The notes under the pieces are model-generated. The model was given only the letters and a program-made list of their open reading frames with translations, was not told where the DNA came from and searched no databases. Positions 1 to 14,200 of a stretch of DNA of 64,000 bases are shown here, in pieces (position 1 is the first letter of the stretch; every line of letters starts with the position of its first letter). Source of the stretch: the human T2T-CHM13v2.0 reference genome, Homo sapiens. Made by a program: the position numbers and the translations under genes. The stretch lies in NCBI RefSeq assembly GCF_009914755.1, contig NC_060927.1; one strand, written 5' to 3'.

Positions 1-146
1 CCACACCCGGCTAATTTTTTGTATTTTTAGTAGAGACTGGGTTTCACCGTGTTAGCCAGAATGGTCTCGATCTCCTGACCTCATGATCCGCCCGCCTCGG
101 CCTCCCAAAGTGCTGGGATTACAGGCATGAGCCACCGCTCCCGGCC
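1..146 (-). mobile_element. Alu (Sc/Y-like), partial, cut by window edge
   Basis: Reverse complement of the Alu left arm and linker, ending ...gagccaccgctcccggcc. Confidence 0.95.
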
Positions 147-1100
147 TGTCATGTCTCTAACTGTAGAAGCTCAAGCAAGGCTGTGGCCTCTGCCTCTGGC
201 TGTGCTCTAAAGAACTGTTTCTTTCTGTTTGTTGTAAGCCATGAACCAAGTTGTTGTGAACATAAAAACCAAATGTGGAGGCCTTTCTCCTCTGCAAGGA
301 AATAGTACACCTGATATTACTTAAACAAGCAAGTGATAAGGCTTACCTGACATGCTGAAAAATGACATGTTGGGGATTTTACTACAAGAAACAAAATACA
401 TAATTGGCAGAAATGTGGCATTTGCTAAAAAAAATGGCTTGAATTCTTTCCATCTGCTACACTGATTTTCTTCACACATCACCAAAATCATAAAGCAAAT
501 CCAGCTCTGAGCAGTTGAAATATAGAAACAAGGGTGACAAGAGAGCAGGCCGAAGGAGCTCAGTGACTCAGAGATTAGCCACTGCCATCTCACTGCTGGG
601 ACCCTCGGCATCATGGAATGTGGCATGATGGCCATCCTGTGGCAGTTTCTAAGCCACCCAAAGAGGTAATGCCGCCTGTCAACATTCAGAGCATTACCTC
701 AAGGAGGCTGCACCATGGCTGAGCCTAAAATAAAACACTGCTGTTTGCGACCCTCTGTTGTTGCTTGCTGGGAGACTCAGAGTAAATTTGCATCCAAAGC
801 CTGCAACAAGCTTGTTTCCTTAATATAATATATACCACATGTTTTCATATCATAATTTTAGTCTTTATCATAAAATAATTTTTAAAAAATATTCTATCTT
901 CAAAGAAAATTGTAAAGGACCTGTGGGGGAACCTAAAATTTGGGACTTTGAATGTCATTAGAACTTAGACAGATGTACCCTTTGAGCAGATTATGCAATG
1001 ATAACTTACATTTAATTATTTTATGACTGCTTCTATTTGAACAAACATATATCATTTTCTGCTCATGTTTTGAATTTTTAATGCAAAGAACCTGATCTAA

Positions 1101-1439
<339 letters not shown>

Positions 1440-2226
1440 TAACATCTATAAATGTTGTTGGTTTACAAAATAGATAACTGATGGGAAATACATAACCTTA
1501 TAGGAAAGTAATTTGGGGGCAGTGTTAATTATAGATGCGTTGGATAAGAAGATCTGTTAGGTAGTAAAGCCCTTTAAAAAGGATAAATTGGTTAAAAGTC
1601 CCTATCATGGGTTTTTGGGGACTCTTCAGTACTCCTCTGTGGATTCACTCTGGGGCCCACTAGCATTTATAATGCTGGTAGCAGGGAATAAAGCTCAGGA
1701 TATCCACTGTCTTCAAACTCTGTAGAGTCTTCAAGATTGTGTATCTATCTGTGAGTCACAAAGTGTTTGATAAGCTGAGTGTGCAGGACTGATTAGAAGA
1801 GGGACTCTTTGTATTGAGGGTGTTCACAGTATCATATTTCTTAGTAGAAATAGAATCTGAGAAGTCGTTGAGTTCGGGAAAACATGTATGAATCAATAAA
1901 ACCATGAGGATAAACAGGCACAACAAGAAGGTAGAAACTGTTGAATGTTTATATTTTTGTAGTCACAGAAATGAAATGAGCCAAAAACATAGAATTTAAA
2001 CAAATAGAGTTGACATCTCAGTAACAGAAAAAGTGCATGCACCATTTCTGGTTGTACTGAAAATAAGATGCCTGTTTTAATGCTAATGTAATTATAATGA
2101 AAATAAAACATGCAAATGAAGGCAAGAGTACTTGGAGTAACTGGAAAGAGGAATCAGTTTGCTCTATTTGGTAGAAAGGCTAGAAAGAGAGTGAGAAGGA
2201 TTTATCCACAGAAGAAAGATGAGGTT

Positions 2227-2591
2227 GGCTGGGCGCGGTGGCTCACGCCTGTAATCTCAGCACTTTGGGAGGCCCAGGCAGGCTGATCACAAGGTCAGGA
2301 GTTTGAGACCAGCCTGGCCAGCATGGTGAAACCCCATCTCTACTAAAAATACAAAAAATTAGCTGGGCATGGTGGCGCATGCCTGTAATCCCAGCTAATT
2401 TCAGAATCGAAGGGCCAGGCATCCAGGCCAGGGTGGCAGGGCACCCACACACACACAGGTGGCCTATGCAACGCGGCCCCCAGCGGGTGTCACCCTCCTC
2501 CCTCGTCGGTTGCCTTCACCCACACCGGGGCATAGGGAATGGCGGGAGGCTGAGGCAGGAGAATTGCTTGAACCCGGGAGGTAGAGGTTGC
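2227..2591 (+). mobile_element. AluS interrupted by a 145-bp non-Alu insert and truncated at the 3' end
   Basis: Alu 2227-2397 (...cccagcta), foreign sequence 2398-2542, Alu resumes at cgggaggctgagg 2543-2591, no poly-A tail. Confidence 0.9.
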
Positions 2592-2848
2592 CTTATATCA
2601 AATGGTGTAGTATTTGATATAACCTATGCACATCATCCTGTAACTTTAAATCATCTGTAGATTGCCAACAATACATAATACTATGTAAATGGTAAGTTAC
2701 AGTTATATTGTATTGTTTAGGAAATAATAACAATAGAAAGTCTTTACATGTTCAGCACAGTTACAACCATCCTTTTTTCCCAAATAGTTTCAACCCAAGG
2801 TTAGTTGAATCTATGGATACAGAAACCATGGATGTGGAGGGCCAACTG
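2592..2848 (+). mobile_element. MER2-like DNA transposon fragment (TcMar-Tigger)
   Basis: gtagtatttg..ataacctatgcacatc, ggttagttgaatc and terminal ggagggccaactg match MER2 as recalled. Confidence 0.75.
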
Positions 2849-2879
2849 TGTATACACGTATACATACACATATACACAT

Positions 2880-3000
2880 CCCACATTGCATGTCTGTATC
2901 AAAACATCTCATGTCCCCCATAAATTTATATACCTACTGTGTACCCACAAAACTTAAAAATAAAAAATTTTAAAAATAAAAAAAGAGAATTAAAAAAAAA
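2880..3000 (+). mobile_element. L1 (L1MA-type) 3' end
   Basis: cattgcatgtctgtatcaaaacatctcatgt...gtacccacaaaa followed by an A-rich tail. Confidence 0.7.
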
Positions 3001-3040
3001 GATACATTTGAAACAGTTCATTGAGGTCAAGGGCATTTTT

Positions 3041-3329
<289 letters not shown>

Positions 3330-4389
3330 AGGTCAAGGGCATTTTTAAAGAGCTATTAAACTCTACTGCTGATTACTTGCTTCTTCCCTCAATACCATTA
3401 ATAACCTCATAATTCAACATAGCTCTAGATGACCGCCTGCAGCTCATTATAAACCCATTAAAGAAAACCCATTCCATGGCAGAGCTTGCCTTTCAATGAG
3501 AACTGGCCCTTTTATATAAATACTCTATCTTCTGTATACTTTTTGGTAAAGTTTCAGAGGACTCTTTCTGTGAAAAGCTATCTCCACTAAATTTTTCCTA
3601 AATGTAATAATTATCGGTGAACATTGAAATAGCCACCACATCTGCTTCAATTGGTGTCATAAATGTATTTAATATGGTTGCTGCTTTGGCTTCCATTTTC
3701 AGGCCTGGCATAAGTTGTTTGAAATCCAGTGTGCCTCATCTCCTTTTGCCTAGTTACAACTTTGTCCACCTCTGTGGTTGTTTGCCATATACCCTGTTTG
3801 GTCTTCATCCCACTGACCCTAAACCCGACACTCTCCACAACTGCTGACCATGATAAAACCTAATGGTCAAGACCAGGGTCGTGGAAATAAGTTTATCTTC
3901 ACATGTGTTTTCTGTAAGCCAGCCAATCTCCAACACCTTGCAGGAAAGCCCAAGGGATAATGCCCATGGACCTTGTTAAAGGATAGTCCTGAAGGTCCTT
4001 TCTCTCTTTCCCCACCTGCTGGTGGAGCTCTCTGTTACTTCTAGACTTCCCTCCTTTTGGCTTCTCAGTGAGCAGCAGTGACAGCAGGAACAATCCCTCG
4101 GCAAGGGCCACCTGTTGTGCACCCATGGGGAGACACTTGGGGAGAAGGTGGTGGCTCTCGGGTTGCAGTGAAGAATGTCAGCCACTAGCGTGGTTTAGAG
4201 ACCTAACAAGCAGAGAAATAAAGTTTCAGTACAGAATGGTTGGATTCATCAAAAAGATGCTGTAAATGATGATTTGGAGCCACACAAGTAGCCAGACAAA
4301 TCAGAGTGACAGCCCTCCATCCATGGTCAGAGCCATGCATGCCTGTCACTATGCCCCATCCTCTGAATTTCCATATTCCCCTGGTCCAT

Positions 4390-5757
4390 GGGCCACAGGT
4401 TTACACTCGGGTATCAGGTAAATACCCAGGTCCCCAGTTGACACCAGGATCCAGGTGGACACCCAGGCTCCAGGTGAACATCAGGCCCCAGGTAGATGCT
4501 GGACTCCAGTAGACATCAGGCCCCAAGTAAACACCCATGATTCAGGGGAACAAAAGGTCCCAGGTGAACACCAGACTCTGGGTGGATATCAGACCCCAGG
4601 TGGAAACCAGGCCCTAGGTGGACACCTAAGTTCCGGGTTACATCAGGCCCCAAGTGAACACCAGGCCCTAGGTGGACATCAGGCTGTAGCTGGACACAAG
4701 GACCCAGGTGAACTTCAAGTCCCAGAAGAATATCAGGCCCCAGGTGGATGCCTAGGCCCCAGGTGTACGTCAGGCCCTAGATGGGCCCCAGGCCTCAGGT
4801 AGATACCTAGGCACCTGGTGAACATCAGGCCCCAGGTTGATACCCAGCCCCAGAAGGAAGCCCAGGCCCCAGCCACACATCAGGCTCCACATGGACACCC
4901 AGGCCCCAGGTGAATATCAGGACTCAGGTGAACACCAAGCCCCAGGTAGACATCAGGCACCAAGTGGACATTTGGCGCCAGGTGGACATCCCAAGAGGCA
5001 CCTCAAGCCCCAGGATGATGCCCAGGCCCCGGGTACACACCAGACCCAAGAGAACTCCAGTCCCCATCTGAACATCTGGTCCTAGGTAGATATCGGGCCC
5101 CAGGTCAATACTAATTCCTAAGTGGATACCTACGCCCAAGTTTGACATCAGGCCCAAGGTGGATACCCTGTCACCAGGGGCCATCAGGCTCAAGGCAGAT
5201 GCCAGGACTCTGGTGGACAACAGGCCCCAGGTGAACATCAGGCTTCAGGTGAACACCAGCCCCAGGCTGACACCATGAACTAGGTGGTCAACATTAGACC
5301 TCAAGCGGACAACCATGCTCCAGGTAAATACCCAGCCTCAATTTGACATAGGCCCAAGGAGGACACTGGACTGTAGGTGAACATCAAGCCCTCGGTTGAC
5401 ACTCACGCTCCAGGTAGACACAAGGCCCCATGTTCATACCTAGTCTGCAGATGTATGTCAGACCCCAGGTGGACACCAGGCCCAAGGTGTATACCAGTCC
5501 TGAGGTGGACATAAGGTCCCAGGTAGACATCAAGCTCCAGATTGACATCTGACACAAGGTGGACATCAGGCCCCAGATGGATACCCAGTCCCGAGGTGGA
5601 CATCAGGGCCCGGGGTGATAAAAGGACGTCAGACCTGAAGTGGACACCTAGGCCCCAGGTCAATACCCAGGTCCCAAGTGGACACCAGGCACTAGATGGA
5701 CATCGTGCCCAAGGTAGGCATCAGGCCCCAAGTGGATATCAAACCTAGCCCAGCTGG
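4390..5757. repeat. 18/19-bp GC-rich minisatellite, consensus about CAGGCCCCAGGTGGACA(T/C/CC)
   Basis: About 1.37 kb of diverged tandem units; yields (A/T)PG(E/G)HQ hexapeptide pseudo-ORFs. Confidence 0.92.
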
Positions 5758-5907
5758 AGATGTGCATGACACATTGTTAGCCCTCAATGGATCTGAGCAA
5801 GCATGACAAGTCTCAGCGTCATGACAGCAGCAGCCCTGCTGAGGACAGGGCTCCCATCCCTACTGCCAGTGCTGCCTGGCCTGAGCCTCCCTGTGCTTCC
5901 TCCACAG

Positions 5908-6060
5908 GGCAGCCCATCCAGTATGCTCGCTCCACCTGCGAGGCCGGCGTGGCTGAGCTCCACATCCAGGATGCCCTGCCGGAGGACCATGGCACCTACA
6001 CCTGCCTGGCTGAGAATGCCTTGGGGCAGGTGTCCTGTAGCGCCCGGGTCACCGTCCGTG
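5908..6060 (+). pseudogene. Orphan MYLK (myosin light chain kinase) Ig-domain exon, unprocessed pseudogene fragment
   Basis: Encodes GQPIQYARSTCEAGVAELHIQDALPEDHGTYTCLAENALGQVSCSARVTVR (MYLK recalled as ...SAWVTVH); acceptor ttcctccacAG ends at 5907, donor GTagga at 6061; 153 bp, phase 1-1; no other MYLK exon seen. Confidence 0.9.
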
Positions 6061-7079
6061 GTAGGAGCCTCTGGTCACCCGAGTAGAAGCACCTTTCCTG
6101 CAGACACTTCTGCTTTGGAAGAAGGGCACATTTGTAGAAAATGGTATCATGAGCTCAAATCCAGGGAGCAGAGGTGCACATGGCACTACTCCACACCACT
6201 GGCAGCGGCAGGTGCCGTGACAGAGGAGTGGCTGCTGCAACCTCTTAGGGACAGAGGAGAGGGTCCTTAAAAAGTGCTGCACCTGCAGGTAGGAAGTGAG
6301 GGAGATGACCTCCAGGAGTTCACAGCGACAAGGGTGTCATCAGAGGTGGCCTTTTCCTCACCCCCTCTCTCCACTGGGGCCATGGAAAGGTATGGGGGAA
6401 AGAGATAGGGCTCCCTTAGCTCCAGAAGCTCCAGGTCTGGTCAGAAGAAAACCTCGCACACTACAAAAGGACTTGGGAGAGCACTCACGTATTCCCTGAG
6501 CAGTCAGTGGCCTCCCAGTGACCCCTTACATGCTGGGGGACCCTGGGTCACAGAGTGCACACTGAGGCTTCCAGAGGGTCACAGGTTGTCCCCTTTCTGC
6601 CCCCTTTCTACTCACGGGCCCAGGCTTGTTTTTACACATCAGCAGCCTGGTCTCCAGTAATCTGATTATCATGGTCATCCATTCATCAGCCAAGCACTTA
6701 GTCCCTGGGAATTGCAGGGAGCCACAGACTCAAGACAGATCTGTCTGGGCTGTGGTATCAGCAGGCCTGGTGACAGTTCCCACGGAAGTGCTTCTTGGGT
6801 CCAGGGCTTTCAGGTAAGCCTGATCCCACCATCACCCTGAGCCTACGCCCCCGGCTCCTGTGCATGACTGGGTCCTCTGGTGCTAGCACTGAGTGCAGCG
6901 TGACTGGTCTCCCATCAGACAAGCAGGAGGATACATCTCTCCATTCCCCGGGGCTCAGGCCTGTCAGGAACATCTCCGTGTTGTATGAGTAGCCACTGTC
7001 TGGGAGGCTGCAGGAGGAAGTTTCGCAGAAAAGGAAAGGGGAAGAAACATTTGTGGCTTACTGTGTTAAATACTTTCAC

Positions 7080-7260
7080 CTCACCCGTATTCTCTCACTG
7101 AGACCTCAGTAGCCTAGGGGACAAGGATGCTGTCCTGATTTCAGATGGAAGGCTCTGGAAGTCTCAGGAAGTGAATGTAACTTGCCTAAGCACATCACAC
7201 TAGTCTGCAAATCTGGACCCTGGAGCCCACAGCCTGTGACTTTCAAGTCTGCACTCATTC
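7080..7260 (-). mobile_element. MIR fragment
   Basis: tttcagatgga...gtaacttgcctaagcacatcacactagt...tgactttcaag, MIR core. Confidence 0.55.
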
Positions 7261-8529
7261 CTATGCCCTGACCTTTTTCAGAGGGCACGTCCCCTGGCCC
7301 AAAGGGGAAGACTGGCCACTGTGGGCTGGGCAGTGTCAGTCCCTTAGGGATGAAGGAACTGGCACTGATGGAGAATGTGGCCGAGCCTGGCTCCGTGAAG
7401 CTCTCTGCCAGGAGTGAGCATGCTCTCTGGGTGCTCTAACTGAAGAGATGCCTCAGCATAGAGTCGTTATTGGGAAACTGGTCCACCTCTTCCTTCCAGG
7501 AAACCTATCACACTGGGCTCAGAGCCCAACTCTGGCCTCTGGGAATTTGCAGCCAGATTCTGGTTTACAAACTTACTCATTTATCCTCATAGTTCTAACT
7601 TCATGACTCCCTGGGAGCCAGGTGGGGAGCTCAGGAAATTATGATAATGAGATTTCAGAGGAAACCTGAACTGCTGAGAACCTTGTCTCTGAGGGTCAGG
7701 GAGCAGGACTCACCTTCCACCTGGGGGCTCTTCTTGGAGGCCAGCATGGCCAACCCGAGTCGAGTAAGGGGCAGCAAGAGTCAGAATGCTACACGTAGAG
7801 CCACGTGGCTCAGCCCTCTGTTTTCTGAGACTCTCCCTCCACAGCCACAGCCAAGGGCTAATCCAATGTCTGTCCTGGCTTGCCTGTGTTTAGATTGGAT
7901 TAGAGTGACCCAGCTGAGCTAAGAGTCCCCTGGAGGTGGGAGTCCCAGGCGAAAGATCAAGAACTCTTTAGGGCCATTCTCCTGACTCCTGGGCCTGTGG
8001 GGGCTGGGGCCTGAAGGATCACCACCCATCCACAAAAAAAAAAAAAAAAAAAAAAAGGCACAGAGAGGTCCCAGGCAAAAACTCTGCCAAGTAAGTTTGG
8101 ATTTGTTCTGAGAAGAGGCCTGCATGAGAGAACCCCCTCCCAGTGTGGGGGATGTACTGGGCTATAAAGACCAGACAGGCTCAGATACCATAAATGGTGA
8201 ACAAGGCTGAGAACACAGCTGCACTCTCAGGCCCGGCAGCATTTGGGCTCTCTTGGCACAGGATTGGAGCAGGGTGAGCCTGGCAGAGTGACACCCCCTG
8301 GCATGGTGCCCTGAGACACTCGGGAGGCTCGGGGCTGCTCCCTGCACTGTCCTCCACTGTGGAGTTTTTCTGACTTGATTGGCAGCCCCGTTGGCTCTGG
8401 GTCCTTGGGGGACAGCCTGGGCTGGGAGAGATGATCACAGTGGAGGTGTTTGTTCCCTACTGCACTGATGGCTGCTTCACCCCTCCCTTAGCTGTCCAGG
8501 TCCAGCCCTCTCTTGCCCTTAGTGTGGCA

Positions 8530-8715
8530 CCAGGCCATGGTGGGGAGCATGGATGTGGAGCCAGCGGCCTGGGTGTGAGTCCTGCTCTGCCACTTACTAG
8601 CCCTGCACCCTGGCATTTTAGCATTCCAGACCTCAGCTTCCTCTTGTGTGAAATGGAGATGCTGACAGTCACGGTACTGTGAGGATTAAGTGAATGAATG
8701 TGCAAAGTATCCCCA
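8530..8715 (+). mobile_element. MIR fragment
   Basis: ctgggtgtgagtcctgctctgccacttactagc...cctcagcttcctc..gtgaaatggag...gtgaggattaagtga. Confidence 0.75.
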
Positions 8716-9319
8716 GAGCATAGGATAGCACATACCCTCCATAGGTATGTGCTGTGATTATGATTGTCCAGCAGAGCCCACCTTTAAACAAGATACAATC
8801 CTTACAAATGCCAAGACTGAGGAGGGGTTTTCCCAAAGGATCCACTTTGCTACAGTATTGTGTGTTTGTTTGGCCATCAGAAAATCAGAGGAGGGAGATG
8901 TCCAGCCAGACACAAGCGATGAACACACGCGCCTGCTTCCAAGGGCTCTGGCCACAAAGTGGCGCCATGGAGCAACGCGTGTCCCTCCAGTTGTCTTCTC
9001 TCAGGGGTGGTTGAGGGGCAGCTCTGCTGCAAGCAAGCTTATTCTGAGAGCTCAGCAGATACTGTGCCAAAGGCCAGATGCAGGGGCTCTTTCTCACCTC
9101 TCGCCTTTTGCCGATATTTTGCGATCATCGAGATTGCTGGTGCAGCCCTCAAATGCGATTTCTGCAGCCAGCCCTTCATGCTTTCTCTGCCTCCCCTCCT
9201 TAGTGACTCTCTTCTTCTCCAAATCCTGGAAACTCCCACAAATATCACTTTCTCTGGGAAGCCTACCCTAATCACCCCAGAATGCGTTCCCTGAACACCG
9301 TGTGCTTCTAGTATTACAC

Positions 9320-9800
9320 TTACTTATCAACAAGTCTTTACTGCGCGCCTATACTGATCAGTGCCAGGCATTGTTCTGGGGAAATTGCAGTAGACAGGAC
9401 AGCTGAGGGCCCTGCCTGCAGGGTGCTTACATTCTGATGGGGATGCCAGCAGCAATCAGCACCTGGCCTCATTTCAAATGCTGGCACGTGCTGTTAAGAA
9501 CATGAGCAGGTCACAAAGGAATAATTATAAAGAGAAAAAGCCAGTGAATGGGGTGTGTGAATCGAGGAGGGTGAGAGGGTGTATCTTTAGTGCTGTGAGG
9601 AAGCCTCAGAGGTGTCCATGGCCTGGGGAAAGAGAGCTCCAGGCAGGCAGCACAGCAAGTGCAAGGCCCTGAGTCAGGAGCAAGGTTGACCCATTTGAGG
9701 AGCAGCAAGATGGCAGCCTCTGTGGCTGCAGCAAAGTAGACGGGGCAGTGTGATAGAAAGTGAGTTCAGAATGCGGGGGCTCACCATGCCAGGCCTCTGG
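9320..9800 (-). mobile_element. L2 fragment
   Basis: tcaacaagtctttactgcgcgcctatact..tgccaggcattgttctggg...gcttacattctgatgggga, antisense L2 3' end. Confidence 0.65.
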
Positions 9801-10090
9801 AGGTGAGGAGAAAACAATTTACTCCGTGAAAATTCACTCTTTTTACTCTACTTGCTTAATTATCTTCCTCTCCAGACTGTAAGCTCCCTGCAGGGAGGGA
9901 CCATATTGTACTGTGTGTAGAGCCAGGCCTGCCTTGGGAGCATGCATTCCCTGAATGGATGAGAGCACAGAGGTTGCCGAACCTCCCCTGCAGTGCAGGG
10001 AGGCATTCCTTAGAATTCCTCGCTTTTCTGGGGGCTCAGTGCCCATTAGGGTGTGCAGGAAATCTGCAAATTAACTTCAAGAGTCCCTCA

Positions 10091-10404
<314 letters not shown>

Positions 10405-11247
10405 GAGTCCCTCAACAAATATTCCTTCTTTCCCCAACACAGGCTAGGGAAAAAAAATTCCCAGATAGTTAACCAAGCAATGAATGTCTTTCCTCCTGAC
10501 CCAGGATGAGTCTAAAAGATGATTAATTCAAATTCCTGCAGAGCCCAGGAAGATCTGAAATACACTATATATTTCACGCTATTTGGACTGAGTCATTGCT
10601 GGGGGCTTCTTTGGGCTAGAATATTTTAAGTTTATTTCCCACTGGAGTATCTCTGTCAAGGCTAAAATTCTTAAGTGTCTAGATTTATTAATAGCCTGCC
10701 AGTTGTGCCCATTTGACATAGTTTCTCAGCCTAACAGTTTGTTTATTTAACTGAAACCCTGGTGGGCCTGTTAAAGGCATCAAAGGACATAAAATGTGGG
10801 TAAGTTAAAAAGATGAAAAGATGATCTCTAGAATAGATAATAAAATATAACAAGCATATTTATTAGAGTATTTGTTTTGATGCAGAGCTTCTAATGAAGA
10901 CAACAGGCACCAGTGAAGTCAGCGTTTGCTTGGCGATGAGTAGAGGCACAGTTTGTTTTCAGATTAATACCAGGCACTCTGCGGGGCAGCCTGGAGCCAC
11001 CTCCTTTGTCTTCCCATGTTATGCACAGGTACTTTGGACACTATACAATCTGTGCAGTTGACATAAGGTATGGACCCCAACCGACTTCCTTAAGATTAAA
11101 AACGCTGACAACTTCTTAAATACTTACATTGACTACAGAAAAATATTTTGAAGAAGAATAAATACCAGTTTTAACTTGCCTTTTTTATATATATTAAGAA
11201 GCTTAGTTTATTCAAAACATCTGTCCACAAGCCTTTAAACTCTAAGA

Positions 11248-14200
11248 AGGTGTACACAAATAGCGTGTACACCTACTGTGATATTAAAAGTTATATTTCC
11301 ATAGGGTATTGCAAATAACATCACAGTGGGTATATACCCACTGTGATATTTGAAGTAATATCTCCCTAAGATATGACAAAAAATATCAAAGTGTGGACCC
11401 CGTCTGTGACATCAAAAGTAACATCTCTGTGGATATTCTGAATAATATCACAGGGTGTACACAGCCTGTGACATTAGGAGTAGCATCCCCATAAGATATT
11501 CTGAGTAATATCACAGGGTGTACACCCCATGTGACATTAAGGGTAACATCTTCTTAGGATGTTACGAATGACATCACAGGGTGTACGCCCCCTGTGACTT
11601 TTAAAGTAACATCCCCCTAGAATATTACGAATAATATCATGGGTGTACACCCCGAGTGACATTAGGAGTAACATCTCCCTAGGATATTATGAAGAATATC
11701 ACTGGGTGTACACCCTCTGTCATATTGGGAGTAACATCCTTCTATGATATATGAATAATATCACAAGGTGTACACACGCTGTGATATTCAGAGAGATATC
11801 TCCCTAGGATATAAGGTATCATATCACAGAATGTACACGCATGGTGTACACCCACTGTGATATTAGAAGCAATATCTCCCTATGATAGTATGAGAAATAT
11901 CAAAGGGAGTACACTCTCTGTGATATTAGATGTAATGTTTACTATGGATATTACAAATAATATCACAGGGTGTACACACATGAGGTACACGCACTGTGGT
12001 ATTATTCATATTGTCTTAGAGAGACAAAACTCTCTAATATAACACAGAGAGCTATAACTCTGTAATATCTCTGAGATATTACAAATAATATCACAGTGAA
12101 TGTACACCCACTGTAGATTTACAGTAATATCTCCCTATAAGACTACAAATAGTATCAAAGGGTGTACACCCCCTGTGACCTTAGGAGTAACATCCTTCTG
12201 GATATCAGGAATAATATCATAAGGCATACCCACTCTGTGACATTTTGTACACCCTTTGTGACATTAAAAGTCACATCCCCCTCGTATATTACGAATAATA
12301 TCAATGGCAGTTGACGCACACGGTGTACACATCCTGTTACATTAGGCGTAATCTTTTTCTGTGATTTATGAATAATATCATAGAAGGTGTACACATATGG
12401 TGTACACTCCAGGTGACATTAGGAGCAACATTCCCCCAAGATATTAGAAATAATATTACCAGGGTTGCATACACATGGTGTACTGTCCCTGTGACATTAG
12501 CAGCAACATTCCCCTAGAATATTACGAATAACATCAGAGGGGGAGTACACATATAATGTACGCACCTTGTAAAATTAGGAGTAGCATCTCCCTACAATGT
12601 TATGAATAATATCACAGAATGTGTACACACATGGCGTATACCCCATGTGATGTTAAGAGTTACATCCTCCTAGTATGTTAGGAATAATACCACAAAGGTG
12701 TTCGCACATGGTTAACACCATATGGAATGTTAGGATTAACATCCCTCAAGAATATTACAAACAACTTCACAGGGGCTGTGCACACATGGTGCACATGCCC
12801 TGTGGTGTTAAGAGTACATTTCCCTGACACATTACGAGTAATATCACAGAGTATACACCTTCTGTGACATTTGGAGTAACTCCCCTAGGATAGTATGAAT
12901 AATACCACAGGGTGTACATCCCCTGTGACCTGAGGAGTAACATCTTTCTAGGATATTGTGAATAATATCACAAGATGCACAGCCCCTGTGACACGAGGAG
13001 TAACATCCACCTAGGATATTATGAATAATATCACAGGGAGTACACCCCGTGTGACAGTAGAAGTAACCTCAGCCAAGGATATAAGGAACAAATACAGAGG
13101 CTGCACAAGTGTTGTGACATTAGCAGTAACATCCATTTAGGATATTACGAATATTATCACAGTGTGAATACCCCCTGTGATATTAGGAGTAACATCTCCC
13201 TACAATATTGGGAGCCATGTCATACGGTGTACACCCCCCATGACATTAGAGGTAACATTACCTTAGGATATTATGAATAATATTACAAGGTGTACAGCCC
13301 CTGTGATATTAGGAGTAACATTTCCATAAAATATTAGGAATAATATCACTGTTTGTACACTACGGGTGACATTAGGAGTAGCGGACCCCAAAACTATTAT
13401 GAATAACTTCACAGGGTGTACACCCTCTGTGACATTGTGAGTAACACCTTCCTACGATATTACTAATAAGATCAAGGGGTGTACACACCCTATGACCTTA
13501 AGATAACATCCCGTTAGGATATTTGAAATAATATCCCAGGGTGTACACCCCATGTGACATTGCGAGTAACAGCTTCCTAGGATATTATGAATAAGATCCC
13601 AGGGTTGACACACCCTGTGATTTTAAAAGTAAAATCCCCCTAGAATAGTACTAATAATAACACAGGGTATACACCCCTGTGATGCTAGGAGTAACATCCT
13701 CTCAGGATATTTCAAATAATATCAGAAGGTGTACACACACGGTGACATTAGTAGTAATATCCCGCTAGTGTGAATACTATCACAGGGTATACGCACCTGT
13801 GACTTTAGGAGTAATATCCCCCTGAAATATTCTGAATAATATCACAGGGCGTACACCTCCTGTGACTTTAGGAGTATCATCCTGCTAAAGTACTAAGAAT
13901 AATGCCCCAGGGGGTTAGCCTGTGTAATATCACAGGGTGTACACCCCCTGTGACATTAGGAGTACATCTTTCTAGAACATCATGAGTAATATCACAATGT
14001 GTACACCATTTGTGACATTAAAAGTAAAATCCCGCTAAGATATTCTGAATAATGTCACAGGGAGTACACCCCATGTGACATAGGAGGAATAACCCATGAG
14101 GATATAAGAAAGAGGGTGTACACATATTGTGACATTAGTAGTAACATCCCGCTAGGATGTTACAAATAATATCACAAGGTGTACACACCGGGTGACATTA

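Noticed and set aside
3800-4100. Possible old LTR (CCAAT and poly-A-like signals)
   Set aside because: No family, termini or TSD identifiable by eye; needs RepeatMasker
4455-5748. PGEHQ-repeat ORFs as a protein gene
   Set aside because: Short frames broken by 19-bp units and stops; by-product of the minisatellite
8747-9271. 174-aa ORF
   Set aside because: No recognisable domain; intron-like DNA between MIR and L2 with overlapping ORFs in several frames
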